From: a virus
Reading direction: 5' to 3' (one strand)
IMG/VR virus record: IMGVR_UViG_3300024255_000001
Length of the DNA stretch: 64,000 nucleotides
Shown here: positions 1 to 9,390 of the stretch, piece after piece
Layout of the letters: each line of letters begins with the position of its first letter
How positions within the stretch are numbered: position 1 is the stretch's first letter
The notes under the pieces: generated by a model
The model's database searches: none
What the model saw: the letters and a program-made list of their open reading frames with translations, nothing else
What the model was told of the DNA's origin: nothing
Position numbers and translations under genes: made by a program

Positions 1-499
1 GTTCACCAGTTAATGATAACTCGTTAACTCCTCCTTGTGCGTTTTGAATTCTCTTGTCATCTGATATGTCTACAAAAAGATAAAGTACAAAATCATAGTG
101 CGTTGCGTAAATCATTGATTGACCAATACCAGCTCTAAGGTCTGAACCTCTTTTTCCTTTCTTGAATTCAATAGCAATTTTAATACCATTCATTTCAACT
201 ACCATGTCGGGTCTATTTCTAGTTCCCATAAAAAGGATATGGCTAACTGTTGTGTTAACATCACCTTCCCATTTAATAGAAGACTTAACTATTTCTTTTG
301 CCTTCTCTTTATCACCCTCACCTTCAGAGACTACATAATTTGTTAAGTCTCTAACAAGGTGTGGGTAAATAAATTGTTTGATCTGATCTTCTGACTTTTT
401 CTTATAGTTCAGTGTTCCGAATATATCTTCATGTGTGATAGACTCAGAAATAAGATCTAAAAATTCTACTCTCTTCGAGGATTTACTTGCTTGTTTCAT
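1..499 (-). CDS. PD-(D/E)XK-family nuclease-like protein (3' end runs off window)
   Basis: Not in ORF track; manual translation from ATG at 499: MKQASKSSKRVEFLDL...RPDMVVEMNGIKIAIEFKKG...GIGQSMIY, giving PD...ExK plus QxxxY motifs. Confidence 0.6.
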   Translation of the reverse strand, partial: MKQASKSSKRVEFLDLISESITHEDIFGTLNYKKKSEDQIKQFIYPHLVRDLTNYVVSEGEGDKEKAKEIVKSSIKWEGDVNTTVSHILFMGTRNRPDMVVEMNGIKIAIEFKKGKRGSDLRAGIGQSMIYATHYDFVLYLFVDISDDKRIQNAQGGVNELSLTGE

Positions 500-992
500 G
501 TGCAACTGGTTCTACTTCCACTTCTACCTCTTCAGCACCTTGAATTTGAGTTTCTAATTCAGCTAATTCTTTATGTAAATCAGCTATTTCTTTATTCATA
601 GTTGCTAATTCGGTCATAGCTATAGATACAGTTTCTCCTACATGTGTTAACATAGTAATGAATTTTCTTGCATTTTCAATACCAGTACCTTCTACATTTA
701 AAAGTGCTTGATATAAAGCATTTAATTCATGACCCCTTAGAGTAATAATAGTATCTTCGCTATCGGATTTTAATAATTCTTTATTTTGCAATTTAAGTTG
801 GTCATATAAAGTAACAACTACTGCTGCGTTATTAGTTTTCCAGGTATAACCTTTATTAAGGTGTTCCATTAAGGTTTTAACCATTTTCCTGTCATCAAAC
901 TTGATTTCAAATGTTTTCTCAGCTGCAGAAATTTGCATTTGGTCAACCTTTTCGGTTAATTCTTGTTTTTGTTTTGTAAGCGTCTTGCTCAT
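483..992 (-). CDS. hypothetical coiled-coil protein
   Basis: 169-aa ORF, heptad-rich C-terminus, overlaps the start of the next gene. Confidence 0.6.
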   Translation of the reverse strand: MSKTLTKQKQELTEKVDQMQISAAEKTFEIKFDDRKMVKTLMEHLNKGYTWKTNNAAVVVTLYDQLKLQNKELLKSDSEDTIITLRGHELNALYQALLNVEGTGIENARKFITMLTHVGETVSIAMTELATMNKEIADLHKELAELETQIQGAEEVEVEVEPVAHETSK

Positions 993-1028
993 AATATTAA
1001 TTAATTAGTGTAGTTTATATATTGTGTT

Positions 1029-1502
1029 TTAAAAATCGTCATTAGTGATATGTAAATCATAATCCCTAAAGTTTTTGAATTGTTCATCATCTGTATTCAT
1101 TCTCCTAACGATAGAATCATTTAAATCATTTCGATGTTCTAATCTTTCTACTCTAGACATTCTAGATGGATCTAAATAAATAACCATGCACTGGTCTCTA
1201 TATTTTTTAGGTAAAATATCTAATCCATCTTTTGACATAATCATTACATCCGATTGATTAAAATCTTCTTCAGTTTGCCCGTAATACCAACCGTTAAATT
1301 TCATATATTCAATAAATGCTCCAGATGCTATCATAGCTTCAAACTTATCTACTGATATAAAATAATAATCCTTTCCGTCTACTTCGTTTTCTCTCGGAGT
1401 TCTGGTAGTGTGGCTAACACCACTTACAAATCCTTTCTTAGCTAGTCTATTCTTTAAAAAATCTTTGCCTGCGGCTGCTTTACCTACTAGTATTAACTTC
1501 AT
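1029..1502 (-). CDS. gmk: guanylate kinase-like protein
   Basis: P-loop GKAAAGKD, SHTTRTPRENEVDGKDYYF and GWYYG motifs. Confidence 0.9.
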   Translation of the reverse strand: MKLILVGKAAAGKDFLKNRLAKKGFVSGVSHTTRTPRENEVDGKDYYFISVDKFEAMIASGAFIEYMKFNGWYYGQTEEDFNQSDVMIMSKDGLDILPKKYRDQCMVIYLDPSRMSRVERLEHRNDLNDSIVRRMNTDDEQFKNFRDYDLHITNDDF

Positions 1503-1507
1503 AGTTC

Positions 1508-2146
1508 TTATACTGATTCTTTAGTTTTTGTTTGATGTTTCTTTAAGTCTTTTACCACGTCTTTACGAACTGTTTCTAAATACTTCTTTCTCTTTGCTGT
1601 AGAAACGAATGGCACAGACCAAAATTGTTTAGTCTTAGTCCATAAACTTGCTCTCCAACCGAAGACAAATGTAAATACTCCCATTACTAATCTAAGTTTA
1701 GGAGAGTTCAAATAAAGCATTCTAACGGGCAGGGCAGGTGCACCATGTGTTATATAAGTTCTTACCTTTTTGTCGTTTAGAAACGGTTTGGGATATGCAT
1801 ACGGACCTACCACTGGTACAAATTGATATGCATAACCTGGAGTGAGTACTTCATCGAAGAAGATCTCCATTCTTGGCGTTAATCTAAACCACCATACTGG
1901 TGAGACAAAGTAAATACGATCTGCCCATTTAACTAGTTCTTTATACTTGTCAATTAAATCTGTTCTAGGCCTAGCAAAACTATCTCTATATAGATCGATA
2001 ACTTCAATTTCATTTAGATAGCCATCCTCTTCTAATAGAGTTTTCTTAATCGTCTTAAATATACCGTTGTAACAGAATGATTTCTCATCTGGATGTCCAA
2101 CGACTATTAAGTTCTGCATTCTTTCTTTCTTCTTACAAATTGCCAT
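1508..2146 (-). CDS. flavodoxin-like NAD(P)H oxidoreductase (Flavodoxin_2 family)
   Basis: GHPDEKSF, IDLY, WADRIYFVSPVWW...FFDEVLTPGYAY; true start may be the second Met. Confidence 0.8.
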   Translation of the reverse strand: MAICKKKERMQNLIVVGHPDEKSFCYNGIFKTIKKTLLEEDGYLNEIEVIDLYRDSFARPRTDLIDKYKELVKWADRIYFVSPVWWFRLTPRMEIFFDEVLTPGYAYQFVPVVGPYAYPKPFLNDKKVRTYITHGAPALPVRMLYLNSPKLRLVMGVFTFVFGWRASLWTKTKQFWSVPFVSTAKRKKYLETVRKDVVKDLKKHQTKTKESV

Positions 2147-2147
2147 T

Positions 2148-2576
2148 TTATTTTAATAAATTTAAGAGCCAAGAGCTCGATTGTATTTTATCTCCTAGAC
2201 CATCTACCAATTCTATTCCAAGCTCTTTACAAATTTGAGCTTCTGGTATTGAGTGGTTATTCTGGTCTCCGCCGTTTGCAAACATAAATTTACGGTGGTG
2301 TGTATTATTATTTTTAACTATATCTTCAATAGTCTTACAAACTGTTTTATCATGATCGATCGATATAAAGGCTTTATCAACTACTCTTAATGAGCTGACA
2401 ATTTTTAGTCTCTCGTTTTCATCTTGAAACGCAGCAGAACCTTTCATATCCCTCTGTAGATCTGAGTTAACAATAACCCAAAGTTGGTCACCGCATTTTT
2501 TAGCATTCTCAAAATACTCAATGTGACCCTTATGGATTGGATTAAAATATCCACTAACGATTACTACTCTTTGCAT
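2148..2576 (-). CDS. HIGH-family cytidylyl/adenylyltransferase
   Basis: SGYFNPIHKGH, VIVNSD, FANGGD, KIQSSS motifs. Confidence 0.85.
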   Translation of the reverse strand: MQRVVIVSGYFNPIHKGHIEYFENAKKCGDQLWVIVNSDLQRDMKGSAAFQDENERLKIVSSLRVVDKAFISIDHDKTVCKTIEDIVKNNNTHHRKFMFANGGDQNNHSIPEAQICKELGIELVDGLGDKIQSSSWLLNLLK

Positions 2577-2818
2577 TAGGGTGTATTTTCTGGTGCGGCT
2601 TGCACTTCTAGAATTTTATTGTAAGTTATTATATCATTTTCTTTTGTCCAAGCTTTCCAGTGCTCCACGTATTTCATAGCCTCGGCTTTACCGCTGCCTG
2701 GAGTTATCCCCCATTTAATAAAACGTACTGCATCTAATACGTCTTCTAAGTGTAGTCTTTCATAAGCCTCTTCCATGGTTTGTGGCCTATCATCATAATG
2801 TTCGTGGAGTCCCATCAT
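2576..2818 (-). CDS. hypothetical protein
   Basis: 80-aa ORF coupled to its neighbours. Confidence 0.55.
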   Translation of the reverse strand: MMGLHEHYDDRPQTMEEAYERLHLEDVLDAVRFIKWGITPGSGKAEAMKYVEHWKAWTKENDIITYNKILEVQAAPENTP

Positions 2819-2994
2819 AAAAATTTAGTATATTTAGTTAATTCTTGTTTTCTTGCTTCTTCTAATCTCTTTGCATGATATTCTTTTGCATACTGCTCCA
2901 TGATTTTACTCATTTGAGTGTAATGTGAAAATGCATCACTGTCGACAGCCAAATCTGGCCATTCGTTTTTATCTAGCCAATCCGCCGCGCTCAT
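2815..2994 (-). CDS. small hypothetical protein (59 aa, MSAADWLDKNEWPDL...)
   Basis: Manual translation; fills the gap and has an ATGA overlap with the downstream gene. Confidence 0.55.
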   Translation of the reverse strand: MSAADWLDKNEWPDLAVDSDAFSHYTQMSKIMEQYAKEYHAKRLEEARKQELTKYTKFL

Positions 2995-3805
2995 ATAAAT
3001 ACTCTCCTAAATCATCTCTACTTGTTGGTACATCATCCCATTTTGAATCATACCAGAACGTTCTACCATTTCTATCCTTTCTCTTTGACATTTCGGCATT
3101 ACCATAACACAACATAAACCGCTCCTGGATAGCTTTATCTCCAAATGGATTATCCCAATCCTTAATGCTTCCGCCACCTTTAGCATACGCTAGAAGTGGA
3201 ATATCACGGCATAGATCTAGTAGTTTAGGGTATCTTGCGAATTGCATGCCTGCTGGTAAGAATGGATCTACATCACCAGCTCTATAAATAATTTCTGCTC
3301 TTAGGTAATTGCCAATCCCATTAAAATAATTTTGGTCCATTAACATTTCATAAAGCGGCTTCTTTAGTTTAGTCAAGTTAGTCATGACTTTATCCCAAAA
3401 TGCTTTATACTCTGTTGTTGGATCTGGACCTCTATTATCAGACCATGCTACACCCTGTTTCCACTTGCCGAAACGTCTGACATCTACAAAGGACATTGTA
3501 GTACCATCAGATCTATAAAATTTTAGGTGCGAATGTTTTGGCTCTTGTCCAGAATTGGTCAGTTTAAAATGCCCGGACATACCCATCGTGATTCTTACAG
3601 GGATGTATTGGTCTGAATGTTTATCTAAAAAGTAAAGTACCATTTCTTTACCTTTAGAAACTGCTTTAATTTTAAATGTTTCAAATGGAATATTAAGGTC
3701 CTCGCATTTATGGATTGGATTCTTCTCCACTCTCACGTAAGTTTGGTCTTCTGATACTTGATTGACGTAGTCTGCTGTAAATTTGAGTTCCGCTAACTCT
3801 GGCAT
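2969..3805 (-). CDS. nei: Fpg/Nei DNA glycosylase/AP lyase, NEIL1-like (zincless finger)
   Basis: N-terminal MPE, MGMSG, FVDVRRFG, H2TH FNGIGNYLRAEIIYR, DRNGRTFW without a four-Cys zinc finger. Confidence 0.9.
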   Translation of the reverse strand: MPELAELKFTADYVNQVSEDQTYVRVEKNPIHKCEDLNIPFETFKIKAVSKGKEMVLYFLDKHSDQYIPVRITMGMSGHFKLTNSGQEPKHSHLKFYRSDGTTMSFVDVRRFGKWKQGVAWSDNRGPDPTTEYKAFWDKVMTNLTKLKKPLYEMLMDQNYFNGIGNYLRAEIIYRAGDVDPFLPAGMQFARYPKLLDLCRDIPLLAYAKGGGSIKDWDNPFGDKAIQERFMLCYGNAEMSKRKDRNGRTFWYDSKWDDVPTSRDDLGEYLYERGGLAR

Positions 3806-3822
3806 AATAAACTGATTTAGTT

Positions 3823-3851
3823 ATTATAGAGAATTAGCGGGACTTGTTTCA
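3823..3851 (-). promoter_or_regulatory. putative middle promoter TGAAAC-N17-TATAAT
   Basis: One of 9 copies of AAAC-N17/18-TATAA upstream of replication and auxiliary genes. Confidence 0.65.
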
Positions 3852-4394
3852 ATCTTTTGGCCAAAGTACCTCTTTAATATTATCGGCTAAATTAGGTTCA
3901 TGCTTGAATGCATCGATTTCCCATTTACGGTCTGGATAGTTTATCTTAGTAATATCATAGATTGTATCACCTTTCCAAACCACTGCTTTACCACCTAGAG
4001 TCTTTAACCAATTCATCTCATATTGTTGTAGATGAATTAACTCATGTGCAATCGTGCTGATTGCTGTAGATCTGCTGATTCCCGTTTTTACGAAAATAAC
4101 ATACTGATCGCCGTTCGTTTTAATATATGCGTCAGTTTCATAGTCACCACCAAGCGATTGAGCCTGGTCTTGATTTCTAATAATCACCACCACATTATTA
4201 ATCGACATTATGTCTAGGCCAACTTGGACAATCGTGTCAAGGTAAGCCTTCTTATGTAGATTAAATACTGCGTTACGATTATTGAACTCGTAGTTTTCAA
4301 ATTTGCGTTCTGGACGCGAAGCTAGATAAATGATTAGAGCTACAACTAATAGAACTATTACACCTATCCAGTGTTTAGTCTTCATATTCGCCAT
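3849..4394 (-). CDS. HExxH metallopeptidase-like protein with N-terminal membrane anchor
   Basis: IAHELIHLQQY...WEIDAF; hydrophobic residues ~9-26. Confidence 0.65.
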   Translation of the reverse strand: MANMKTKHWIGVIVLLVVALIIYLASRPERKFENYEFNNRNAVFNLHKKAYLDTIVQVGLDIMSINNVVVIIRNQDQAQSLGGDYETDAYIKTNGDQYVIFVKTGISRSTAISTIAHELIHLQQYEMNWLKTLGGKAVVWKGDTIYDITKINYPDRKWEIDAFKHEPNLADNIKEVLWPKD

Positions 4395-4459
4395 TCCATT
4401 TTTGAGAACCTCCCGAATTGTATATATTCCAGGACTCTTCCCAATAAATGTGGTCGTTG

Positions 4460-4621
4460 TTAGAACTGATAGTCGTCGTATTCATCTAGGTCTTGTAAAG
4501 ATTTAACATTTTTGAGATTTACTCTCGGTTCTTGGCTGTGTTGCTTTTTCTTTTTAAACTGCAACTTTCTCCGGCGTTCGCCGTCGTCTAGAGCCTTTTC
4601 TGGCTTGCTCGACTTTTTCAT
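4460..4621 (-). CDS. small basic hypothetical protein (53 aa)
   Basis: Manual translation MKKSSKPEKALDDGERRRKLQFKKKK...DEYDDYQF. Confidence 0.45.
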   Translation of the reverse strand: MKKSSKPEKALDDGERRRKLQFKKKKQHSQEPRVNLKNVKSLQDLDEYDDYQF

Positions 4622-4640
4622 TAGAAAATTTATTTGAAAT

Positions 4641-4892
4641 TTAGTTTTCTGTAGGAGGGGTAAATTTGGTATCTTTATACTCCCAGCTATCTCCTGTTGC
4701 TGGAGTATTAAGAGTATCTGTTGAACACCATACTTGAGGTGGTGTTGTATTCGGAGTATCGTAATACGGGTTCGGAGTATACATTGGATAAGAAGGTGGG
4801 TTATATGTCTCTTCTTTAAGTAAAACCACTGCTTCTTCTGCAGTAATTTGCTTTTCGTCTAATAGTCTTTGTACAATGCTTGCCTTTGTCAT
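4641..4892 (-). CDS. hypothetical protein
   Basis: 83-aa ORF, Pro/Thr-rich tail. Confidence 0.55.
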   Translation of the reverse strand: MTKASIVQRLLDEKQITAEEAVVLLKEETYNPPSYPMYTPNPYYDTPNTTPPQVWCSTDTLNTPATGDSWEYKDTKFTPPTEN

Positions 4893-4895
4893 ATT

Positions 4896-5204
4896 TTATA
4901 TATTTACTTTATGTGCATTAATAGCATTCATAATTTCAGAAATATTATCAGGGCTTAACCATCCTACTACATCGTCTTCTGCACCTGGTAGAATTTCTTT
5001 AGTAGCCCATTCATTATTATTATCTAAAATTGCAATTTCAAATGATTCATATTCTTCAATTAATTTTAAGTATAATTTAGGAGTACTGTATGCCATCTCA
5101 CCACATACTACAGAAATTCTATATCCATTTTCAAATGTATACCATCCTGCCCATCCTCTTCCGTTTGGGTGTTTCTTAAATTTTAAATCGTTAAATGTTA
5201 TCAT
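4896..5204 (-). CDS. hypothetical phage protein
   Basis: 102-aa ORF with [10 protein letters not shown]...FEIAIL...DDVVGWL pattern typical of a phage family. Confidence 0.6.
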   Translation of the reverse strand: MITFNDLKFKKHPNGRGWAGWYTFENGYRISVVCGEMAYSTPKLYLKLIEEYESFEIAILDNNNEWATKEILPGAEDDVVGWLSPDNISEIMNAINAHKVNI

Positions 5205-5216
5205 AATTTTAATTTT

Positions 5217-5302
<86 letters not shown>

Positions 5303-5307
5303 TATAT

Positions 5308-5406
5308 TTACATTAAAGGTCCTGCGCTACATGAATAGATAGCAGCCTTCATTCTCTGCTCTTCTAGCCATTTCATATAGGTCCAAATTTGTTTTAATCT
5401 TTTCAT
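5308..5406 (-). CDS. small hypothetical protein (32 aa)
   Basis: Manual translation [32 protein letters not shown]; fills the gap between the KTSC gene and the tRNA. Confidence 0.4.
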   Translation of the reverse strand: MKRLKQIWTYMKWLEEQRMKAAIYSCSAGPLM

Positions 5407-5407
5407 A

Positions 5408-5710
5408 TTAATTATCTAATTGATAATCAGCGGGTGGTAATTCATCTAGTAAACTACCTGGAATAGTAGGTCTGTCATTTACTAATTCTGGTTCTGCTAA
5501 TTTATCATAGTCGTATTTACCTTTAATAAATTCGTTTAGTGCTTTACCTTGACTTTCAGCATTATTAAAAGACTCGAAATCAGAACGACTAACGCCATTA
5601 TATACGTAGCTTGCATGATTAAAATTTACAATTAGTGTTTTAGTTTTGTAACTATACTCAGCTGATGTCAGTGTAGAACTGTCGTAATGTGATGTGATGT
5701 TGGTAATCAT
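5408..5710 (-). CDS. KTSC-domain protein
   Basis: SSTLTSAEY...LIVNF...YVYNGV...AESQGKALNEFIKGKY. Confidence 0.85.
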   Translation of the reverse strand: MITNITSHYDSSTLTSAEYSYKTKTLIVNFNHASYVYNGVSRSDFESFNNAESQGKALNEFIKGKYDYDKLAEPELVNDRPTIPGSLLDELPPADYQLDN

Positions 5711-5726
5711 AAAATATAATTTATGA

Positions 5727-5755
5727 CTTATATCTGATATTTAGTAAAAGTTTCT
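5727..5755 (-). promoter_or_regulatory. putative middle promoter AGAAAC-N17-TATAAG
   Basis: Motif copy upstream of the KTSC gene and tRNA. Confidence 0.55.
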
Positions 5756-8700
5756 AAGCTAATGCGTCGATATTCTTAATTTTAATACCACTTGAAGTAA
5801 GTGCCTTATTAAGTTGTTTAATTGCAGATATTACTCCGGAGTTATCTCCACCAGAAGAACTTGAACCACCGCCAGTAAATGCTGATTTAAGACTACCCAT
5901 TGCATTAGATATTGCATTACCAGAATCTGCAGTTGCAGTCATACCATCACCTACCGTAGTTTTAAATTCACTTAACATATCTGCTAGATTTTGTAGAGCC
6001 CCTTCAAGAGATTCTCCCATTGCAGCAAGTATATCAGTTGGTTCTCCACCTTCTGAAAGTACACCAAGTGCTTCAAACATTTTTCTAGTCTCAACAAGTT
6101 TATCAAGATCCATCGCATTAATTGCACCACTAATCTCTGGCATTGAATCTCCCATTCTAACAGTATTAGCACCAATTGTAGCCCATAACGTAGCCTGTTT
6201 AGCATAACCCTCTGCTCTAGATTTTTCATCAACTGGACCTACAAATGCTCCAAAGAACAATTTACCTTTTTCTGGATCGAATGTATTAATTGCTGATATA
6301 ATACCTGGAACGGAATTACCCATTTTCTCAAAAGTATTTCCAACAGCAGAAATTAACCATCTTTGTTCTTTAATAGTTTGCGCATCTGTCCCCTCATCTG
6401 GATTAGTAAATACTCCAATAATATCTGCCATTTTACCAGCAAACGCTTTAGAGTCCATCTTACCTACTATTTCAATAATGGTTTTTACAGATTCACCTAA
6501 TTTCTTATATGGCTCACCAATCATACTAACAATTTCAATACCCTTTTCAAAAGTGGTTTCGCCTTGCCACCATGATGATGTTTTAGCCTTGCCACCACCA
6601 ATTGCCATAAGAGTATCTGTTAGAGCCTCGATTAACATTTGAGTATTGGTTTTTATCTTTGCTTTTAGACCTTCTGCATTTCCAATAGTCTGATAACCAG
6701 TAATTTTACCGTCTTTATCGTAAATAGGGAACTTTAACTTGGCCATAGCTTCTACACCTTTCGCTAGGTTTAATAGAGGCTCACCAATACCTGTTACAAT
6801 TGCAATACCTTTTTCAATGGTAGATTTACCACCCCACCATGAACCGTCATTTGCATCTGGATTAGAACCAATTTGTGCAAAAGTACCGGAAAGTGAACCA
6901 ACTAACATTTGAGTATTATCAGCAACTGCTTTAGCATCGTCTACGCTAAATTGTCTAAAGCCTGTAGCTTTACCTTCTTTATCAAAACCAGTTGGGAATT
7001 TAAGCAATGCCATATCTTGTACACCACCTGCAATATTACTTAAGGCTTGTCCCATATTCATTACAGATTCAATACCTTGTTGAACAGCACCGCCACCTGC
7101 TAAGAAGCCTAATAGACCGCCTGAACTTGGTTTACCAAAATCAACCTTCATTTTATTACCATCCGGGCCAATAATTTCTTGTTCACCACCCATTCCAATC
7201 TTAGCGAAAGGAACTGCAAGTGAACCAACCATCATCATTGTATTAGTAATTACTTTCTTGAATGCATCACCACCAATAGTCTCAAATTTTGTTGGGTTAC
7301 CTTCTTTATCAAAGCCAATTGGGAATCTAAGGTTGGCCATAGCCTGAACACCTTTAGCAATACCTGTAAGTGCCCTACCCATATTCATGGTTGATGCAAC
7401 ACCTATTGCAACTGTATTCTTTTTACCTAAGCCAAATAAGCCGCCACCGCCACCTCCAAATTTAACTTTAGTAATTGTGCCGTCTGCGCCTAGAACTTCC
7501 ATCTCTTCACCAGCACCAATTTTATGGAATGGTACTGCTAATGTACCTAACATTAACGAGATATTTTTACCTAGTTCTGGTAAATCAAGTCCATCATTTT
7601 GTAGTTTAGCAAATCTTTTAAGACCAAGACCAACTGTCATTAAAGCAACACCTGCTGCAACCATTGCGCCTGAACCTAATAAGATACCTGCTGCTGTCCA
7701 TGGCCACATAATAAATGCCTCACCAATTGCTTTAAAAACTGGAACTAAACCATTATCTTTATCGGTTAGTTTATCCATATTACCACCGGATAAAACTTTA
7801 GATATAACAGCGATACCTGCTCCTACTGCTATTAAAGCAACACCTGCAACTATCATTGCTCCTGCTCCTAATGCAATAAACGCTGGAATTGGTCCTGCGC
7901 CTGCAATACCAAAGACTACACCTAGACCTCCAATCAGGGCCATTGTAGCGCCAATCATTGGCCAAGGATTTGAACCTAATGCTGCTGTAATAATTTTAAA
8001 ACCTATTCCTATGACTATTAAGGATGCTCCGACAAGTATCATCGCGATAGCTCCTTTCTTAATAAATGATTCACCAACGCCAATTAATGCAAACGCAGCT
8101 GCTAATAGACCTATTACTAAGAGTGCTCCTAAACTTTTAGCAGCCTCTTCACCAGTAATATTGCCAATTATTTTACCAAAGAATAGGAGTGAAAGACCTA
8201 ATACGATAATGGATAAAGAAACCCATAGCATTGATTTAGCTCCTGATTCAATATAATCTCCAGCAATGCCGATTAATGCAAATGCAAGTCCAATTCCTAT
8301 TACAGTACCCATAACCAGTAATACTGTTCCAATATTTGGCATAAGTAATTGGAATAGAGCTAAAGAAACACCTAATGCTAAAATTGATAGACCAGCCATC
8401 ACAAGCCCTTTACCGGCTTTTTCCATGTTATCTACAACACCAAACTCTTCTAATACATAAAATGCTAATGCAATTGCACCAATTACAAATATTGATAAGA
8501 TAGCACCTTTAATCGCAGCACCTGCAATTATACTAACTAGTGCAAATGTAACTGATAATGCTAATAGACCTAATGCAACATCTAGAATGGCATTACCCAT
8601 GGTTTGCATTTTATCTAATACTTTATCTGGAATTAAATGTGCAATTAATCCAATAGTACCTATTAATAAAACACTTACTAAAGCTCCCTTGAGTGCAGAT

Positions 8701-9308
8701 TTTGAAATTAAGGTAACTAATGCTAAGGTGGCTGCTAATATCAGTATTGATTTACCGACATCTCCCATCATTTTAACCTTCTCTAGCTTTTCTTTATCTA
8801 AATTCTTAGTACCAAAATTAATACCTGCTACAAGTGCCCTTAATGTAAGTGCTATGAGTGGAGTACCTATTACTGCCACCATTAATAATGGGGCGGCTAA
8901 TACCATATATCCAGCAAACTTTAGTATTGATTTACCAACATCTCCTAGTAGAGTAAAACCTGATGCTAAGCCTTCCATTTTGGCTTTAACTTCTTCTCCA
9001 GTATCGTCTAGATTATTTATAGCGTCTACAACAAATTGCAAACCTTTACCAAGAGGTTCCATGGAAGGTGCTATGAGTGCAATTGCCATTGAATTAGCAA
9101 GAGAGCCCATACCTTTTTTACCACCTTTTCCGTCTCTAATATCTTCAATGGCAGTGGCCATGGCATCCATTCTATCATAGAATTCGCCACCTACTGCTAA
9201 TGATACTGCAGTATTTTCAGTATTAACTGCTATTTGACCTAGAACATTGCCCTGGCTACCTAACTTGTCGAAGGCGCCAGCTAATGATTTCATGAAATTT
9301 TGAGCCAT
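5754..9308 (-). CDS. tail tape measure protein (putative)
   Basis: 1184 aa, Ala/Gly-rich helical with many hydrophobic segments and internal repeats; lies downstream of the tube and chaperone genes. Confidence 0.75.
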   Translation of the reverse strand: MAQNFMKSLAGAFDKLGSQGNVLGQIAVNTENTAVSLAVGGEFYDRMDAMATAIEDIRDGKGGKKGMGSLANSMAIALIAPSMEPLGKGLQFVVDAINNLDDTGEEVKAKMEGLASGFTLLGDVGKSILKFAGYMVLAAPLLMVAVIGTPLIALTLRALVAGINFGTKNLDKEKLEKVKMMGDVGKSILILAATLALVTLISKSALKGALVSVLLIGTIGLIAHLIPDKVLDKMQTMGNAILDVALGLLALSVTFALVSIIAGAAIKGAILSIFVIGAIALAFYVLEEFGVVDNMEKAGKGLVMAGLSILALGVSLALFQLLMPNIGTVLLVMGTVIGIGLAFALIGIAGDYIESGAKSMLWVSLSIIVLGLSLLFFGKIIGNITGEEAAKSLGALLVIGLLAAAFALIGVGESFIKKGAIAMILVGASLIVIGIGFKIITAALGSNPWPMIGATMALIGGLGVVFGIAGAGPIPAFIALGAGAMIVAGVALIAVGAGIAVISKVLSGGNMDKLTDKDNGLVPVFKAIGEAFIMWPWTAAGILLGSGAMVAAGVALMTVGLGLKRFAKLQNDGLDLPELGKNISLMLGTLAVPFHKIGAGEEMEVLGADGTITKVKFGGGGGGLFGLGKKNTVAIGVASTMNMGRALTGIAKGVQAMANLRFPIGFDKEGNPTKFETIGGDAFKKVITNTMMMVGSLAVPFAKIGMGGEQEIIGPDGNKMKVDFGKPSSGGLLGFLAGGGAVQQGIESVMNMGQALSNIAGGVQDMALLKFPTGFDKEGKATGFRQFSVDDAKAVADNTQMLVGSLSGTFAQIGSNPDANDGSWWGGKSTIEKGIAIVTGIGEPLLNLAKGVEAMAKLKFPIYDKDGKITGYQTIGNAEGLKAKIKTNTQMLIEALTDTLMAIGGGKAKTSSWWQGETTFEKGIEIVSMIGEPYKKLGESVKTIIEIVGKMDSKAFAGKMADIIGVFTNPDEGTDAQTIKEQRWLISAVGNTFEKMGNSVPGIISAINTFDPEKGKLFFGAFVGPVDEKSRAEGYAKQATLWATIGANTVRMGDSMPEISGAINAMDLDKLVETRKMFEALGVLSEGGEPTDILAAMGESLEGALQNLADMLSEFKTTVGDGMTATADSGNAISNAMGSLKSAFTGGGSSSSGGDNSGVISAIKQLNKALTSSGIKIKNIDALA

Positions 9309-9381
9309 GTATAAGTACCGCTGATTATTTTTTAGTATATAAGAACACCACTGTAAAAAGTGGTGCTCCTTATTACTATAT

Positions 9382-9389
9382 TATATATC
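9382..9389 (-). promoter_or_regulatory. putative late promoter GATATATA
   Basis: Octamer recurring upstream of 14 minus-strand genes, mostly virion genes. Confidence 0.65.
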
Positions 9390-9390
9390 T

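Noticed and set aside
7387-9180. Long plus-strand ORFs (289, 64 and 197 aa)
   Set aside because: Antisense shadows of the Ala/Gly/Ile-rich tape measure gene; no promoter or motif
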